A stretch of 63,842 nt of DNA, counting the filler, from Coriobacteriales bacterium (lineage in GTDB: Bacteria; Actinomycetota; Coriobacteriia; Coriobacteriales; UBA8131): assembly GCA_031263105.1 (NCBI GenBank). It is 8 parts of 8 records of this genome, joined end to end, with 100 filler letters (N's around TTAATTAATTAA, not from the genome) between each part and the next. Parts side by side here need not be neighbours in the genome. Positions count along the whole stretch, not along the records: positions 5,169 to 21,583 come from JAISGJ010000223.1; 7 more parts are not named here. The stretch is one strand, 5' to 3'. How positions within the stretch are numbered: position 1 is the stretch's first letter; each line of letters begins with the position of its first letter. The notes under the pieces are model-generated. The model did not search any database. It was not told where the DNA came from and saw only the letters and a program-made list of their open reading frames with translations. A program made the translations under genes and the position numbers. Positions 10,691 to 19,558 of this stretch are shown here, piece by piece.

Positions 10691-11743
10691 ATGTCAGGCA
10701 CTGAGACAACATGGCGCACACAGCTAACCGATCTGCGAAGATTTATAGCGCAGGACGGGGGAGTCAAGCTCGGCCAAACTTCTCTGTCGTTTGCGAATTC
10801 TGAGACACGACGGACGTTCTACGAGCGGATAGCTCTGATGACAGAGAATCTGCTCAAAGACTTCTCGACTCTTGACCATGATTTGACAGACTGGTGTCGC
10901 GCCGCCTTCAGAGAGGTGGAGGCATCGCTCGTTCGCAAGACGGGAATACGCGGTATCAGGCTTCCGGTTATCTTGTCGGAGCACCTTGACAACCCCGCCG
11001 ATTCAGCGGCAAAAGTTCTTCTGGCGCCCTGTGTCAGCCTACTGCAACGGCGCATCACCGAAGACGAGATTGAACAGTTTGTGCGAGTTGATCTGGCGTC
11101 TCGCCTGACAGATCTCAGCCGTTGTCTATATGAGGCATGGATTGCCTATGGGCTGATTGATTTGCTGGAACCGACTGAGTTTAAAGGCGTCATGTTAATG
11201 CCGGAGGGAGACCCTCGCCCCTGCCAGCTCGATTATCTGGAGCTGGGGTTTCAGATGCCGGATGGAGACTTGCGTCTCCCCGAAGCTCTGTTCACCACTG
11301 CTTTAGGCGAGCAGTATGCCTACAAGTTTGAAAGCGTGACCGAGATAGCTTTTTATAGGGTCTCCCCACGTCGCAGGGAGTTCTCCTGTGCTGGCAATAC
11401 CGTGAACCAGGTTTGTCACAGAGCATTCCTTTTGTATAGGAGGGAAAACTCTGACGAGGTGCCTATCATCGCCAGCCGCGAGAAACGGAATATGCTCTCG
11501 CCTGATCTAATGGTGGAGCATCTGAGCGCCGACGAGTACGCCTCTGAGCTTAGGAGAAAGGAATTGTCATTGAGGATTCAGATTGCACGGCCAAATAATC
11601 CCTTGCAGGTTGTGTTTTGGCAAGAGCAGCCTGAGGGTGACCCTGCGTCTGATGACTCCAACCGTCAGTTCTATGAGACCTCTGTTGTCGGTACCAGCAG
11701 AGTTGAACTGGCTAAACTACTGGTGCCTTTGACGGGTATTTGA
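10691..11743 (+). CDS. Hypothetical protein in molybdoenzyme operon
   Basis: 350-aa ORF, same strand, short spacing; no firm domain call. Confidence 0.75.
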   Translation: MSGTETTWRTQLTDLRRFIAQDGGVKLGQTSLSFANSETRRTFYERIALMTENLLKDFSTLDHDLTDWCRAAFREVEASLVRKTGIRGIRLPVILSEHLDNPADSAAKVLLAPCVSLLQRRITEDEIEQFVRVDLASRLTDLSRCLYEAWIAYGLIDLLEPTEFKGVMLMPEGDPRPCQLDYLELGFQMPDGDLRLPEALFTTALGEQYAYKFESVTEIAFYRVSPRRREFSCAGNTVNQVCHRAFLLYRRENSDEVPIIASREKRNMLSPDLMVEHLSADEYASELRRKELSLRIQIARPNNPLQVVFWQEQPEGDPASDDSNRQFYETSVVGTSRVELAKLLVPLTGI

Positions 11744-11776
11744 GAATTGAGGGCAAAACTGATGAAAGGAAAAATC

Positions 11777-12238
11777 ATGCCAGTTAGAAAGAACCTGAAA
11801 GTGATCATCATAGTATTCGCTGTACTCCTTATGGGATTTCTCGTTGTGGCGTGTGGCGGACAAAGCCAACCGAACCCAAATAGCAACACAGGGGCTGCAG
11901 AGAGTACTGCTATCAGCGTTAATAACGACACCGTAACTCAGGCAGAGAATACGCCAACGGTTACCGACCCCAATGCAGGCAAAATTGTGGGCGATACTGT
12001 ATCCGAAGAACCTACAATGGATCCAGGCACTACCGTCTCACCGGGGAGCTACAATCCGGAGGACATAATGGCGACCGCGACAGGCGCCGTGCTGGCTGTA
12101 CCACACGGGGATACAAACGGCGATGCCTGTCTGACCTGCCATGAGAGCGGCACCGGCGGCGCGTCCGTTATTCCCTATAGCCATGTTGAGAACAAGTTGA
12201 CCAACGATTACTGTCGTAGCTGCCATCAAAACGCCTAG
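11777..12238 (+). CDS. Diheme c-type cytochrome lipoprotein (NapB-like)
   Basis: Lipobox LVVAC; VPH..CLTCH..SH..CRSCH. Confidence 0.8.
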   Translation: MPVRKNLKVIIIVFAVLLMGFLVVACGGQSQPNPNSNTGAAESTAISVNNDTVTQAENTPTVTDPNAGKIVGDTVSEEPTMDPGTTVSPGSYNPEDIMATATGAVLAVPHGDTNGDACLTCHESGTGGASVIPYSHVENKLTNDYCRSCHQNA

Positions 12239-12261
12239 TAGTGCCTTGTTTGCGAAGAACT

Positions 12262-13341
12262 GTGAAAAGTATTATTGAGGACGTAGATCGCTGGCTGTCT
12301 GAAGGCAAAGAAATCGCGCTCGCCACGGTCACCTCTACGTGGGGCTCATCGCCCCGCCCTGTAGGCGCAGTAATGGCCTATACCGCAGATGGTGATATGG
12401 CCGGGTCAGTATCCGGTGGATGTGTAGAGGGGGCTGTCGCTCAGACAGCCTTCGAGGTCGTCAAGAGCGGAAAGGCAGCACTCCTTTCGTTTACTGCCAC
12501 CTATCAAGCTGCTTGGGATGTGGGGCTATCCTGTGGCGGGCAGATAGAAGTGCTAGTGCAGCCGCTTGAACTGACGCGCTACACTCGTGAGCGAAACGCG
12601 CTGCTTAAAGGCAAGGGCTATAGTCGCTTCATGCTTGCCACACGCTCGAAAGAAGGCCCGATAGGCGATACCTTGCTTGTGGATGATGAGGGCATATTCT
12701 TTTCTTCTTTGGGAGAAGGTCTCACCACGCATGCTATTGAGGCATTTTCGCAGGTCCCTCTCACAGAGGTTTGCGGCAGTTTTGATCTGGAAGAAGACGG
12801 GGAGACTCTGACGTTCTCGTTTTCTCGCCAACGGACGCGGCCCCAGCTTATCTGTATCGGCGGTACGCACGTATCTGTCTTCTTGACACAGATAGCCCGC
12901 CCACTCGGCTATGCAACGACGATCATTGACCCACGCGGCATTTTTGCCTCGGAGAAGCGCTTTCCCCATGCCGACATTCTTACGCATGAGTGGCCGCAGG
13001 AGGCATTGCAACATCTGACCATTACCAGCGAAACTGCGGTCTGCGCGCTGACGCATGATCCGAAAATCGATGTGCCAGCACTCGAGATAGTAGTGCGTTC
13101 ACCAGCATTCTATGTTGGTTCACTCGGACGTTCAAGCACTCAGACGCAACGGTGTCAGCAATTAGGCAAACTTGGCGTATCAGATGAGTTGATAGGGCGT
13201 ATTTATGGACCCATCGGGCTTGACTTGGGCGGCAAGTTGCCTGAAGAGATAGCTCTTGCCATCATGGCAGAGATAACCGCTGTGCGCTATGGGCGAAGTG
13301 CCACCAGCAGCCGCATGCTCGATTTCGCCAAGAGTCACTAA
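12262..13341 (+). CDS. xdhC: XdhC/CoxI-family Moco insertion chaperone
   Basis: GSSPRPVGA, GSVSGGCVE, CGG, THD..D, GPIGLD..PEEIAL. Confidence 0.93.
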   Translation: MKSIIEDVDRWLSEGKEIALATVTSTWGSSPRPVGAVMAYTADGDMAGSVSGGCVEGAVAQTAFEVVKSGKAALLSFTATYQAAWDVGLSCGGQIEVLVQPLELTRYTRERNALLKGKGYSRFMLATRSKEGPIGDTLLVDDEGIFFSSLGEGLTTHAIEAFSQVPLTEVCGSFDLEEDGETLTFSFSRQRTRPQLICIGGTHVSVFLTQIARPLGYATTIIDPRGIFASEKRFPHADILTHEWPQEALQHLTITSETAVCALTHDPKIDVPALEIVVRSPAFYVGSLGRSSTQTQRCQQLGKLGVSDELIGRIYGPIGLDLGGKLPEEIALAIMAEITAVRYGRSATSSRMLDFAKSH

Positions 13342-13766
13342 TGCGTCCGCAATAGATCAAGGCGGGCGGCCTTGTGCTCATAGATACAACTGCCCATCAC
13401 GCCGCCATCGTTCCCTGGCAGATGCTTGCGCAGCGGCCGGGCATTCGTTTGGCCTTTATTCCTGTGGACAGAAACGGGCGTATCGACAACAGCGCCCATA
13501 CAGGGTGTTTTGTATAACCCGCATGATAAGTGAGCTGAATATGGCATTGAAATACTAGATTCAGCCCGTAAATGATGCGAATACCTCCCATATCATCCTA
13601 AATGTCGAAGAGCATGCCTATATAAGTGGGCTGAATGTGGTAAAACTTACCTACATTCAGCCCACTTATGTTGAGAGGATAGGCCACGGATGCAGGAAGA
13701 GCCGCAAAAGATGCCGACGAGCCTTGCATCGCGGAAGCCTGCGTTGCGGTAATCGGCGAGGGTTCC

Positions 13767-15203
13767 TCAGAAGAAGGTCTGTGTGAGCCAAGGGCCGTAT
13801 TCGCCTGTCCACATCGCTTCCAGTTGGCCGAAGACAAGCGGCCAGTCGATCGGCTGTTCGAAGACGAGCTCAAGGTAGTTGTGGCTGGGGATATTCTGCT
13901 CCGGCGCTGCGCCCAAGAGGGCCTGAGCGATTGTGTAGGTGCAGGTGGGGCAGGTGGTCACGAGCGTGCCTGCTCCTGTCCCACGCGCCTCGTCGATTAC
14001 GCGCCATACCCGGCGCTGTGTGATGTCGGCGTCGTAGGCGGCCACCGCGCCGCCCGCGCCGCAGCAGAGGGTATCTTTGCCGTGGTGGGGCATCTCGACC
14101 TGTGAGGAGCTGGGAAGGCAGGCCTTCAGGAGCTTGCGGACGGCGGTGCCGTGACGGGTGTCGAAGCGGTCGTGGCACGAGTCGAAGAAGGTCAGCGAAG
14201 GCCTTGCGCCCCACGGCCCTGTGCCCGTGCCTCCTTCGCGAAAGGGGCACGGCCCCGTCTCCGCATCCGTCGCGCCTTCGCCCTCTGCGCCGTCCCCCGC
14301 AGAAAGGCGTTCCAGCAGTAACTCGGGAAGCGGCAGGATGTCCATCTCGCCGTCCACCACCTCAGCAAGCTCCTCCCCGCAGCCGGGGCACACCGTGAAC
14401 ACCCGTGTGATGCCTGCGGCGCGCATCTGCTCCAGCAGGCCGCGCCGCAGCGCCTCCGAACGTTCGAACAGCCCGGCGCTCATCAGCGGGCTGCCGCAGC
14501 ACTCGACTGTCATCGCCCAGCGGTATCCGGCTGCATCGAACCATTGGCCGATGCGGCGCATCAGTTCCGGGGCATAGCTCGCCAACGAGCATCCGGGGAA
14601 GAACAGGGTGTCTGTCGTCACAGGGGCAGCCGTGCCCTCGTTCCTCCCTCCCTCGGTCGCTGTCCCCCCGCCACGCGCCGCCGCCGCATCTGCGAGTTGC
14701 GTGAACTCGGGGTACGAGATGCCATGAATCGCCCGGTATGCACTGAAGATGTGCCACTCGTTGTCCACCATCACGAGCTTGGAGGCATCGGGCGGCATGA
14801 GGCCCGCCGCCATGAGGGGTTTGCGCCATTCGCGCATTCGCGCCGCCGCCGCCATGTGGGTCGCACAGGTCGCCGTGCAGTGCCCGCAGAAGCAGCACTG
14901 CCGCAGGGCGTGGTACAGCTCGGGCCGCTCTTGCACCAGCAGGAGCACGGCATCGTCGCGCGAATCGGGCTCCAGCGCGGCAATCCGCTCGAAGTCCGCC
15001 TGTACGCTCCCGATGTCAAGGGCCGACGACTCCAAGACCTCGCAGCGCCTCGTGCACCTTTTGCAATGCGCACAGGAGAGACATCGGTTCAGCCACGCCC
15101 CGAGCGCGTCGATGAGCGGGGAGCCCAGGCGCGCAAGCGCGGCAAGCTCTTCTTCGGAGAGTCTCTGCGGTGGTCGCGACACCATGTGCCCCGTTTCAGC
15201 CAT
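13767..15203 (-). CDS. (Fe-S)-binding CCG-domain protein (GlpC/HdrD-like)
   Basis: Two CxxCxxCxxxC motifs; FFPGC, CCG, FFDSC, CCGAGG, CPTC. Confidence 0.85.
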   Translation of the reverse strand: MAETGHMVSRPPQRLSEEELAALARLGSPLIDALGAWLNRCLSCAHCKRCTRRCEVLESSALDIGSVQADFERIAALEPDSRDDAVLLLVQERPELYHALRQCCFCGHCTATCATHMAAAARMREWRKPLMAAGLMPPDASKLVMVDNEWHIFSAYRAIHGISYPEFTQLADAAAARGGGTATEGGRNEGTAAPVTTDTLFFPGCSLASYAPELMRRIGQWFDAAGYRWAMTVECCGSPLMSAGLFERSEALRRGLLEQMRAAGITRVFTVCPGCGEELAEVVDGEMDILPLPELLLERLSAGDGAEGEGATDAETGPCPFREGGTGTGPWGARPSLTFFDSCHDRFDTRHGTAVRKLLKACLPSSSQVEMPHHGKDTLCCGAGGAVAAYDADITQRRVWRVIDEARGTGAGTLVTTCPTCTYTIAQALLGAAPEQNIPSHNYLELVFEQPIDWPLVFGQLEAMWTGEYGPWLTQTFF

Positions 15204-15269
15204 GGTGACATTCTACCTCAGAATCCGCCCTTTGAGAAAATGCCCAGTTGTAGACATGACTCAAAATCC

Positions 15270-15497
15270 GTTACAGACACCCCACTGTCATTCCGAGCCC
15301 CGCCGAGGAATCCTTGGACACGCAGTGTCCAACGGCAGGTCAGGGGGCCCTTCGACCTACAGTCGACCGCTTGCGCGGTCGAAGATTCCTCGGCAGGCTC
15401 GGAATGACAGTGGGGCTCGGAATGACAGTGGGGCTCGGAATGACAGTGGGGCTCGGAATGACAGTGGGGTGTCCGTGGAGGGTGTGACCACAGTAAC
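15270..15497. mobile_element. MITE copy with tandem end units
   Basis: GTTACAGACACCCCACTGTCATTCCGAGC ... (GGGGCTCGGAATGACAGT)n ... CAGTAAC. Confidence 0.85.
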
Positions 15498-15651
15498 TGC
15501 CCAGTCGTAGGCACTCGCAGGCATAACTCAAATCTTTGAATTGTGCCTGTCTCTTTGATAGACTGTCGCTCTCTGGCTGGCTTAAGGGAGATGTTCGGGG
15601 GCGGACGGGGCGGGCGGGGCGGATACAGGCTTGGACATGAAGGAGGTCGTC

Positions 15652-16026
15652 ATGACGAACGCGAAAGAGGACGGAGCCGCAAGGGATGCCGACGAGCCCT
15701 GCGTCGCGGAACCCTGCGTCGTGGTAATCACCACGGTGGGCACCGAGGAGGAGGCGCGGGCCGTCACCGGCGCACTGCTCGATGAGCGCCTTGCGGCCTG
15801 CGTGCAGCGAATCCCTGTTTCCAGCAGCTACCACTGGCAGGGCCGTCGCTGCGATGAGGCAGAGCTGATGCTGCTCATAAAGACGCGTGCCTCGCTCTAC
15901 CAGAGGGCGGAGGCCAGCATCAGGGCTCACCACAGCTACGAGCTCCCCGAAATCATCCAACTGCCCATAATCGGAGGCCTCCCCGAATACCTGCACTGGA
16001 TTGCGCAACAAACCGAGGAATCCTGA
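15652..16026 (+). CDS. cutA: CutA divalent-cation tolerance protein
   Basis: LAACVQ, SYHWQG, HSYELPEI; AGGAGG SD. Confidence 0.93.
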   Translation: MTNAKEDGAARDADEPCVAEPCVVVITTVGTEEEARAVTGALLDERLAACVQRIPVSSSYHWQGRRCDEAELMLLIKTRASLYQRAEASIRAHHSYELPEIIQLPIIGGLPEYLHWIAQQTEES

Positions 16027-16138
16027 GTGCTCCCTCAGTTCCCTTGGAGCTCGTGCTTCGGCCGGTGCTCGGACGGGGCGCTCGGTACGTGGTACACTGT
16101 GACAACGACGTTCCTGAGACGAGAGGTTAAGGTGTCCC

Positions 16139-16369
16139 ATGATAGATGCAGCAAAGGTGTCCGAGGTGCTCGAGCTTATCCGTCCCGCCTTGCAGGCAGA
16201 CGGCGGCGATGTCGAGTTGGTAGGGGTTGACGAGGAGGGCGTCGTGACGGTCGAGCTGCAGGGTGCCTGCAAGGGCTGCCCGATGAGCCAGCTGACGCTT
16301 GCGAACAGCGTCGAGCGCGTGCTGAAGGATCGTATCCCCGAGGTCACCAAGGTCGTGCCGGCGGCGTAA
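16139..16369 (+). CDS. NifU/NfuA C-terminal domain protein
   Basis: [18 protein letters not shown]. Confidence 0.93.
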   Translation: MIDAAKVSEVLELIRPALQADGGDVELVGVDEEGVVTVELQGACKGCPMSQLTLANSVERVLKDRIPEVTKVVPAA

Positions 16370-16926
16370 TGGCACTCTCGGACAAGGACATAAAAGAGGA
16401 ACTGGCGCTCGGGCGGATTCGGCTGGATCCGCTCGATGCGGCGGACATACAGCCTGCCAGCATCGACATCCATCTGGGTGACGGCTTCCGGGTGTTCCGC
16501 AACTCCCGCTATCCCTTCATCGACCCGTCCATAGAGCAGCCCGACCTCACCGAGCTCGTCACGGCGACGCGCACCGAGCCCTTCGTCCTGCATCCCGGCG
16601 AGTTCGTCCTGGGCACCACGCTGGAGCGTGTGACCCTGCCCGACGACATCCTCGGCAGGCTTGAGGGCAAGAGCACCCTTGGGCGCATCGGCCTGCTCAT
16701 CCACTCGACCGCCGGCTATGTGGATCCCGGCTGGCACGGCCATCTCACCTTGGAGCTCTCCAATGTCGCGAACCTCCCCATCCTGCTCTCCCCCGGCATG
16801 AAGATCGGTCAGATAGCCTTCGAGCGGATGTCAAGCCCTGTCGAGCGGCCTTACGGGACGGCCGAGCTGGGGAGCCATTACCAAGGGCAGCAGGGCCCCA
16901 CGCCCGCCCGGTCGCTCCATCCATGA
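16369..16926 (+). CDS. dcd: dCTP deaminase
   Basis: QPASID, GKSTLGR, AGYVDPG, YQGQ. Confidence 0.96.
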   Translation: MALSDKDIKEELALGRIRLDPLDAADIQPASIDIHLGDGFRVFRNSRYPFIDPSIEQPDLTELVTATRTEPFVLHPGEFVLGTTLERVTLPDDILGRLEGKSTLGRIGLLIHSTAGYVDPGWHGHLTLELSNVANLPILLSPGMKIGQIAFERMSSPVERPYGTAELGSHYQGQQGPTPARSLHP

Positions 16927-17195
16927 GTGCGACGTTCTGTTGGCAGCAGCGGGGCTGCGACGAGGAGATGTGGTCGCGCTGCCCCCATGCCACGTCGAGC
17001 GAGGACGGCGTCTGCGTCGCCGAGTGCTTCTACACCGCCTGTCAGCGCACGCAACGAAGGGTCACGGCGGATTTCGCGCTGCTGCTCGACCCTGCGGTCG
17101 ACCGGACGGCGGCCGTCAAGGAGAACTGCCTCAACTGCGCCTTCTTCCTGCAGAACGCCCCCCGTGTACTTAAGGAGAGCCAACATGCGTCTTGA
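16923..17195 (+). CDS. Small 8-Cys hypothetical protein
   Basis: ATGA overlap with dcd; CW..GC..RCP and CxxC motifs. Confidence 0.7.
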   Translation: MSATFCWQQRGCDEEMWSRCPHATSSEDGVCVAECFYTACQRTQRRVTADFALLLDPAVDRTAAVKENCLNCAFFLQNAPRVLKESQHAS

Positions 17196-17670
17196 GTTGT
17201 TTTGTCCTGCGTGCGGTGTGCGCGACTTTGACTTCGACCACTACGAGGGCCTCGTGCTCCTTGCGCCGAACCTGGCGCTCGTGCACTTCGCGTGCCCCGG
17301 ATGCGGCGTCCGTCTGAGCGTGACCCTGAAGCTCACGACGCAGATGCAGCACGAGATGCAGCGACGGCTCGATGCCGGCGAGGGGGCCGGAGGCACCGAG
17401 GAGGACGCTGCCGCCCCCGCTGCCGCCCCCGCCCCCGCCGCTGCGGCCGACCCTGCGCCCCCTGCGCCTCCCGTCCTGAGCCGCGCCGCCAACCTGGTCG
17501 TCGGTGACGGCGACCTCGAGGCCGAGCCCCTCCTCTCCCAGTGCCTGGCCAGCGTGGGCGCGAAGGCGCACCTCAAGCGCTTTCGGAACCGGCTCGAGTC
17601 GATTGCAACCGTCGATGACGCGATTGCGGCCATAGATGCCGCGTCCCGCCGCGAGAGGCATGGCGCCTGA
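17185..17670 (+). CDS. Zinc-ribbon hypothetical protein
   Basis: AAGGAG SD; CPAC..CPGC; stop overlaps lgt start. Confidence 0.7.
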   Translation: MRLELFCPACGVRDFDFDHYEGLVLLAPNLALVHFACPGCGVRLSVTLKLTTQMQHEMQRRLDAGEGAGGTEEDAAAPAAAPAPAAAADPAPPAPPVLSRAANLVVGDGDLEAEPLLSQCLASVGAKAHLKRFRNRLESIATVDDAIAAIDAASRRERHGA

Positions 17671-18560
17671 TGCTCGATGCACTCTATCAGAGCCTCGACC
17701 CTGTCGCCTTCAGCATAGGGCCCTTCGTGGTGCGCTGGTACGGCATCAGCTATATGCTGGGATTTCTGCTCGCGGCCATCCTTGCCCTGCGCATCGCCCG
17801 CAGGTGGGAGGTCAAGCTGAGCGTGGACGGGCTGCTCACCATCGTCATCGCCTGCATGATAGGGACGATCCTCGGAGGGCGGCTCGGGTACGTCCTGTTC
17901 TACGGGAACGGCTACTACTTCTCCCATCCTGCGGAGATATTCGCGTTCTCGCAGGGGGGCATGTCCTTCCATGGCGGCCTCATCGGCTTTGCCATCGGGC
18001 TGATACTGGCCGCCCGCATCATCCGCTTCCCCGTGCTCGGCATGGGCGACATCGCCGCCATCTGCGTGCCGGTGGCACTGGGGCTGGTGCGCATCGCGAA
18101 CTTCGTCAACGGCGAGCTCTGGGGGGCGACGACGACCCTGCCATGGGGCGTGGTGTTCGAGGGCGCGGGCGACCTTCCGCGCCACCCGACCCAGCTCTAC
18201 GAGGCGCTGCTGGAGGGCCCCGTCCTCCTCATCGTGCTCTACCTGCTCGCACGGCGCAAGCCGCCCTTGCCGCAGGCCTCCTACTTCGGCATCTTCCTCA
18301 TCGGCTACGCGGTCTTCCGCATAGCCGTCGAGTTCGTCCGCCAGCCCGACGCCCATATCGGCTACCTGTTCGGCACGGACTGGGTTACCATGGGGATGAC
18401 GCTCAGCCTTCCCATGGCCTTGGTGGGCGCGGGCTTCCTCGTCTATGCGTCGCGGACCAGGCGCCCCCAGGGAGGGCAGGGGACCTTGGCTCCCAAAGGC
18501 GGGCAACCGCCGCAGGGGCCGGAGGAACCTGTCGAGGGGACGCAGGGCCCACAGGACTGA
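17670..18560 (+). CDS. lgt: Prolipoprotein diacylglyceryl transferase
   Basis: RWYG, GGRLGY, GGMSFHGG, NGELWG, RHPTQLYE. Confidence 0.97.
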   Translation: MLDALYQSLDPVAFSIGPFVVRWYGISYMLGFLLAAILALRIARRWEVKLSVDGLLTIVIACMIGTILGGRLGYVLFYGNGYYFSHPAEIFAFSQGGMSFHGGLIGFAIGLILAARIIRFPVLGMGDIAAICVPVALGLVRIANFVNGELWGATTTLPWGVVFEGAGDLPRHPTQLYEALLEGPVLLIVLYLLARRKPPLPQASYFGIFLIGYAVFRIAVEFVRQPDAHIGYLFGTDWVTMGMTLSLPMALVGAGFLVYASRTRRPQGGQGTLAPKGGQPPQGPEEPVEGTQGPQD

Positions 18561-18596
18561 CCGGAACGGCTTTTCGCACACCAGGAGGAAGAGGAC

Positions 18597-19514
18597 ATGG
18601 CAGGCATACAGGAGAGCGAGTTCATCTGGAAGAACGGCAGCTTCGTCAAATGGGCGGACGCGACGACGCACGTGCTCACGCACGCGCTCCATTACGGCAC
18701 GTCGGTGTTCGAGGGCATCCGCTGTTACGAGGCCGAGGGCGGCTCGGCGGCGTTTCGGCTCAGGGACCACATGGAGCGCCTCGTCCGTTCGGCGCGCATG
18801 GTCATGATGCCGCTGCCCTACGATGCGTCCGAGCTCACCGAGGCCGCGCTCGAGACCATCAGGAGAAACGGGCTCGCATCCTGCTACATCCGCCCCATCG
18901 CCTATCGCGGCTACGGGGCCGTGGGCGTGAACCCCAGCGCCGCGCCCACAGACGTCGCCATCGCCGTGTGGCCCTGGGACGCGTACCTCGGGGCGACGGC
19001 CCTCGAACAGGGCATAGAGGTGGGGATAAGTTCGTGGCGCCAGCGCAGCGCCAACGCCGTCCCGGGTGCCGTGAAGTCCTCCGCGTCGTACCTCAACTCG
19101 GGCCTTGCCAACATGGAGGCCGTCGCGCACGGCTACGGCGAGGCCGTCCTGCTCAACGAGGCGGGGCATGTCGCCGAGGGCTCGGGCGAGAACATCTTTG
19201 CCGTGCGGGACGGCGTCGTCTCGACCCCGCCCCTCTCGGACGGCGTGCTCGAAGGGCTGACGCGCAACTCCCTCATCCGCATCGCACGCGACCTCGGTTA
19301 CACGGTGCGGGAGTGCTCGCTCGTGCGCACCGACCTCTACGTCGCGGACGAGCTGTTCTTCACGGGCACGGCCGCCGAGCTGACCCCCATCAGGGCGGTG
19401 GACGGGCGCGAGGTCGGCAAGCCCGGCCCTGTCACCAGGGAGCTCCAGGGAAAGCTCTTCGACGCGGTCTACGGGCGTGCCCCCGAATACGCCGAATGGC
19501 TCGACAGGGTCTAG
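18597..19514 (+). CDS. ilvE: Branched-chain amino acid aminotransferase
   Basis: LHYGTSVFEGIR, EGSGENIF, LEGLTR, GTAAE. Confidence 0.96.
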   Translation: MAGIQESEFIWKNGSFVKWADATTHVLTHALHYGTSVFEGIRCYEAEGGSAAFRLRDHMERLVRSARMVMMPLPYDASELTEAALETIRRNGLASCYIRPIAYRGYGAVGVNPSAAPTDVAIAVWPWDAYLGATALEQGIEVGISSWRQRSANAVPGAVKSSASYLNSGLANMEAVAHGYGEAVLLNEAGHVAEGSGENIFAVRDGVVSTPPLSDGVLEGLTRNSLIRIARDLGYTVRECSLVRTDLYVADELFFTGTAAELTPIRAVDGREVGKPGPVTRELQGKLFDAVYGRAPEYAEWLDRV

Positions 19515-19558
19515 GGACCTCGAAAGACGGGGCGCACTGGCTCGAAAGACGGTATGCA

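Noticed and set aside
15241..15505. TGCCCAGT on both sides of the 15270 MITE as a clean TSD
   Set aside because: The left copy is 21 bp away from the GTTAC end and the locus looks rearranged; not counted as TSD evidence.
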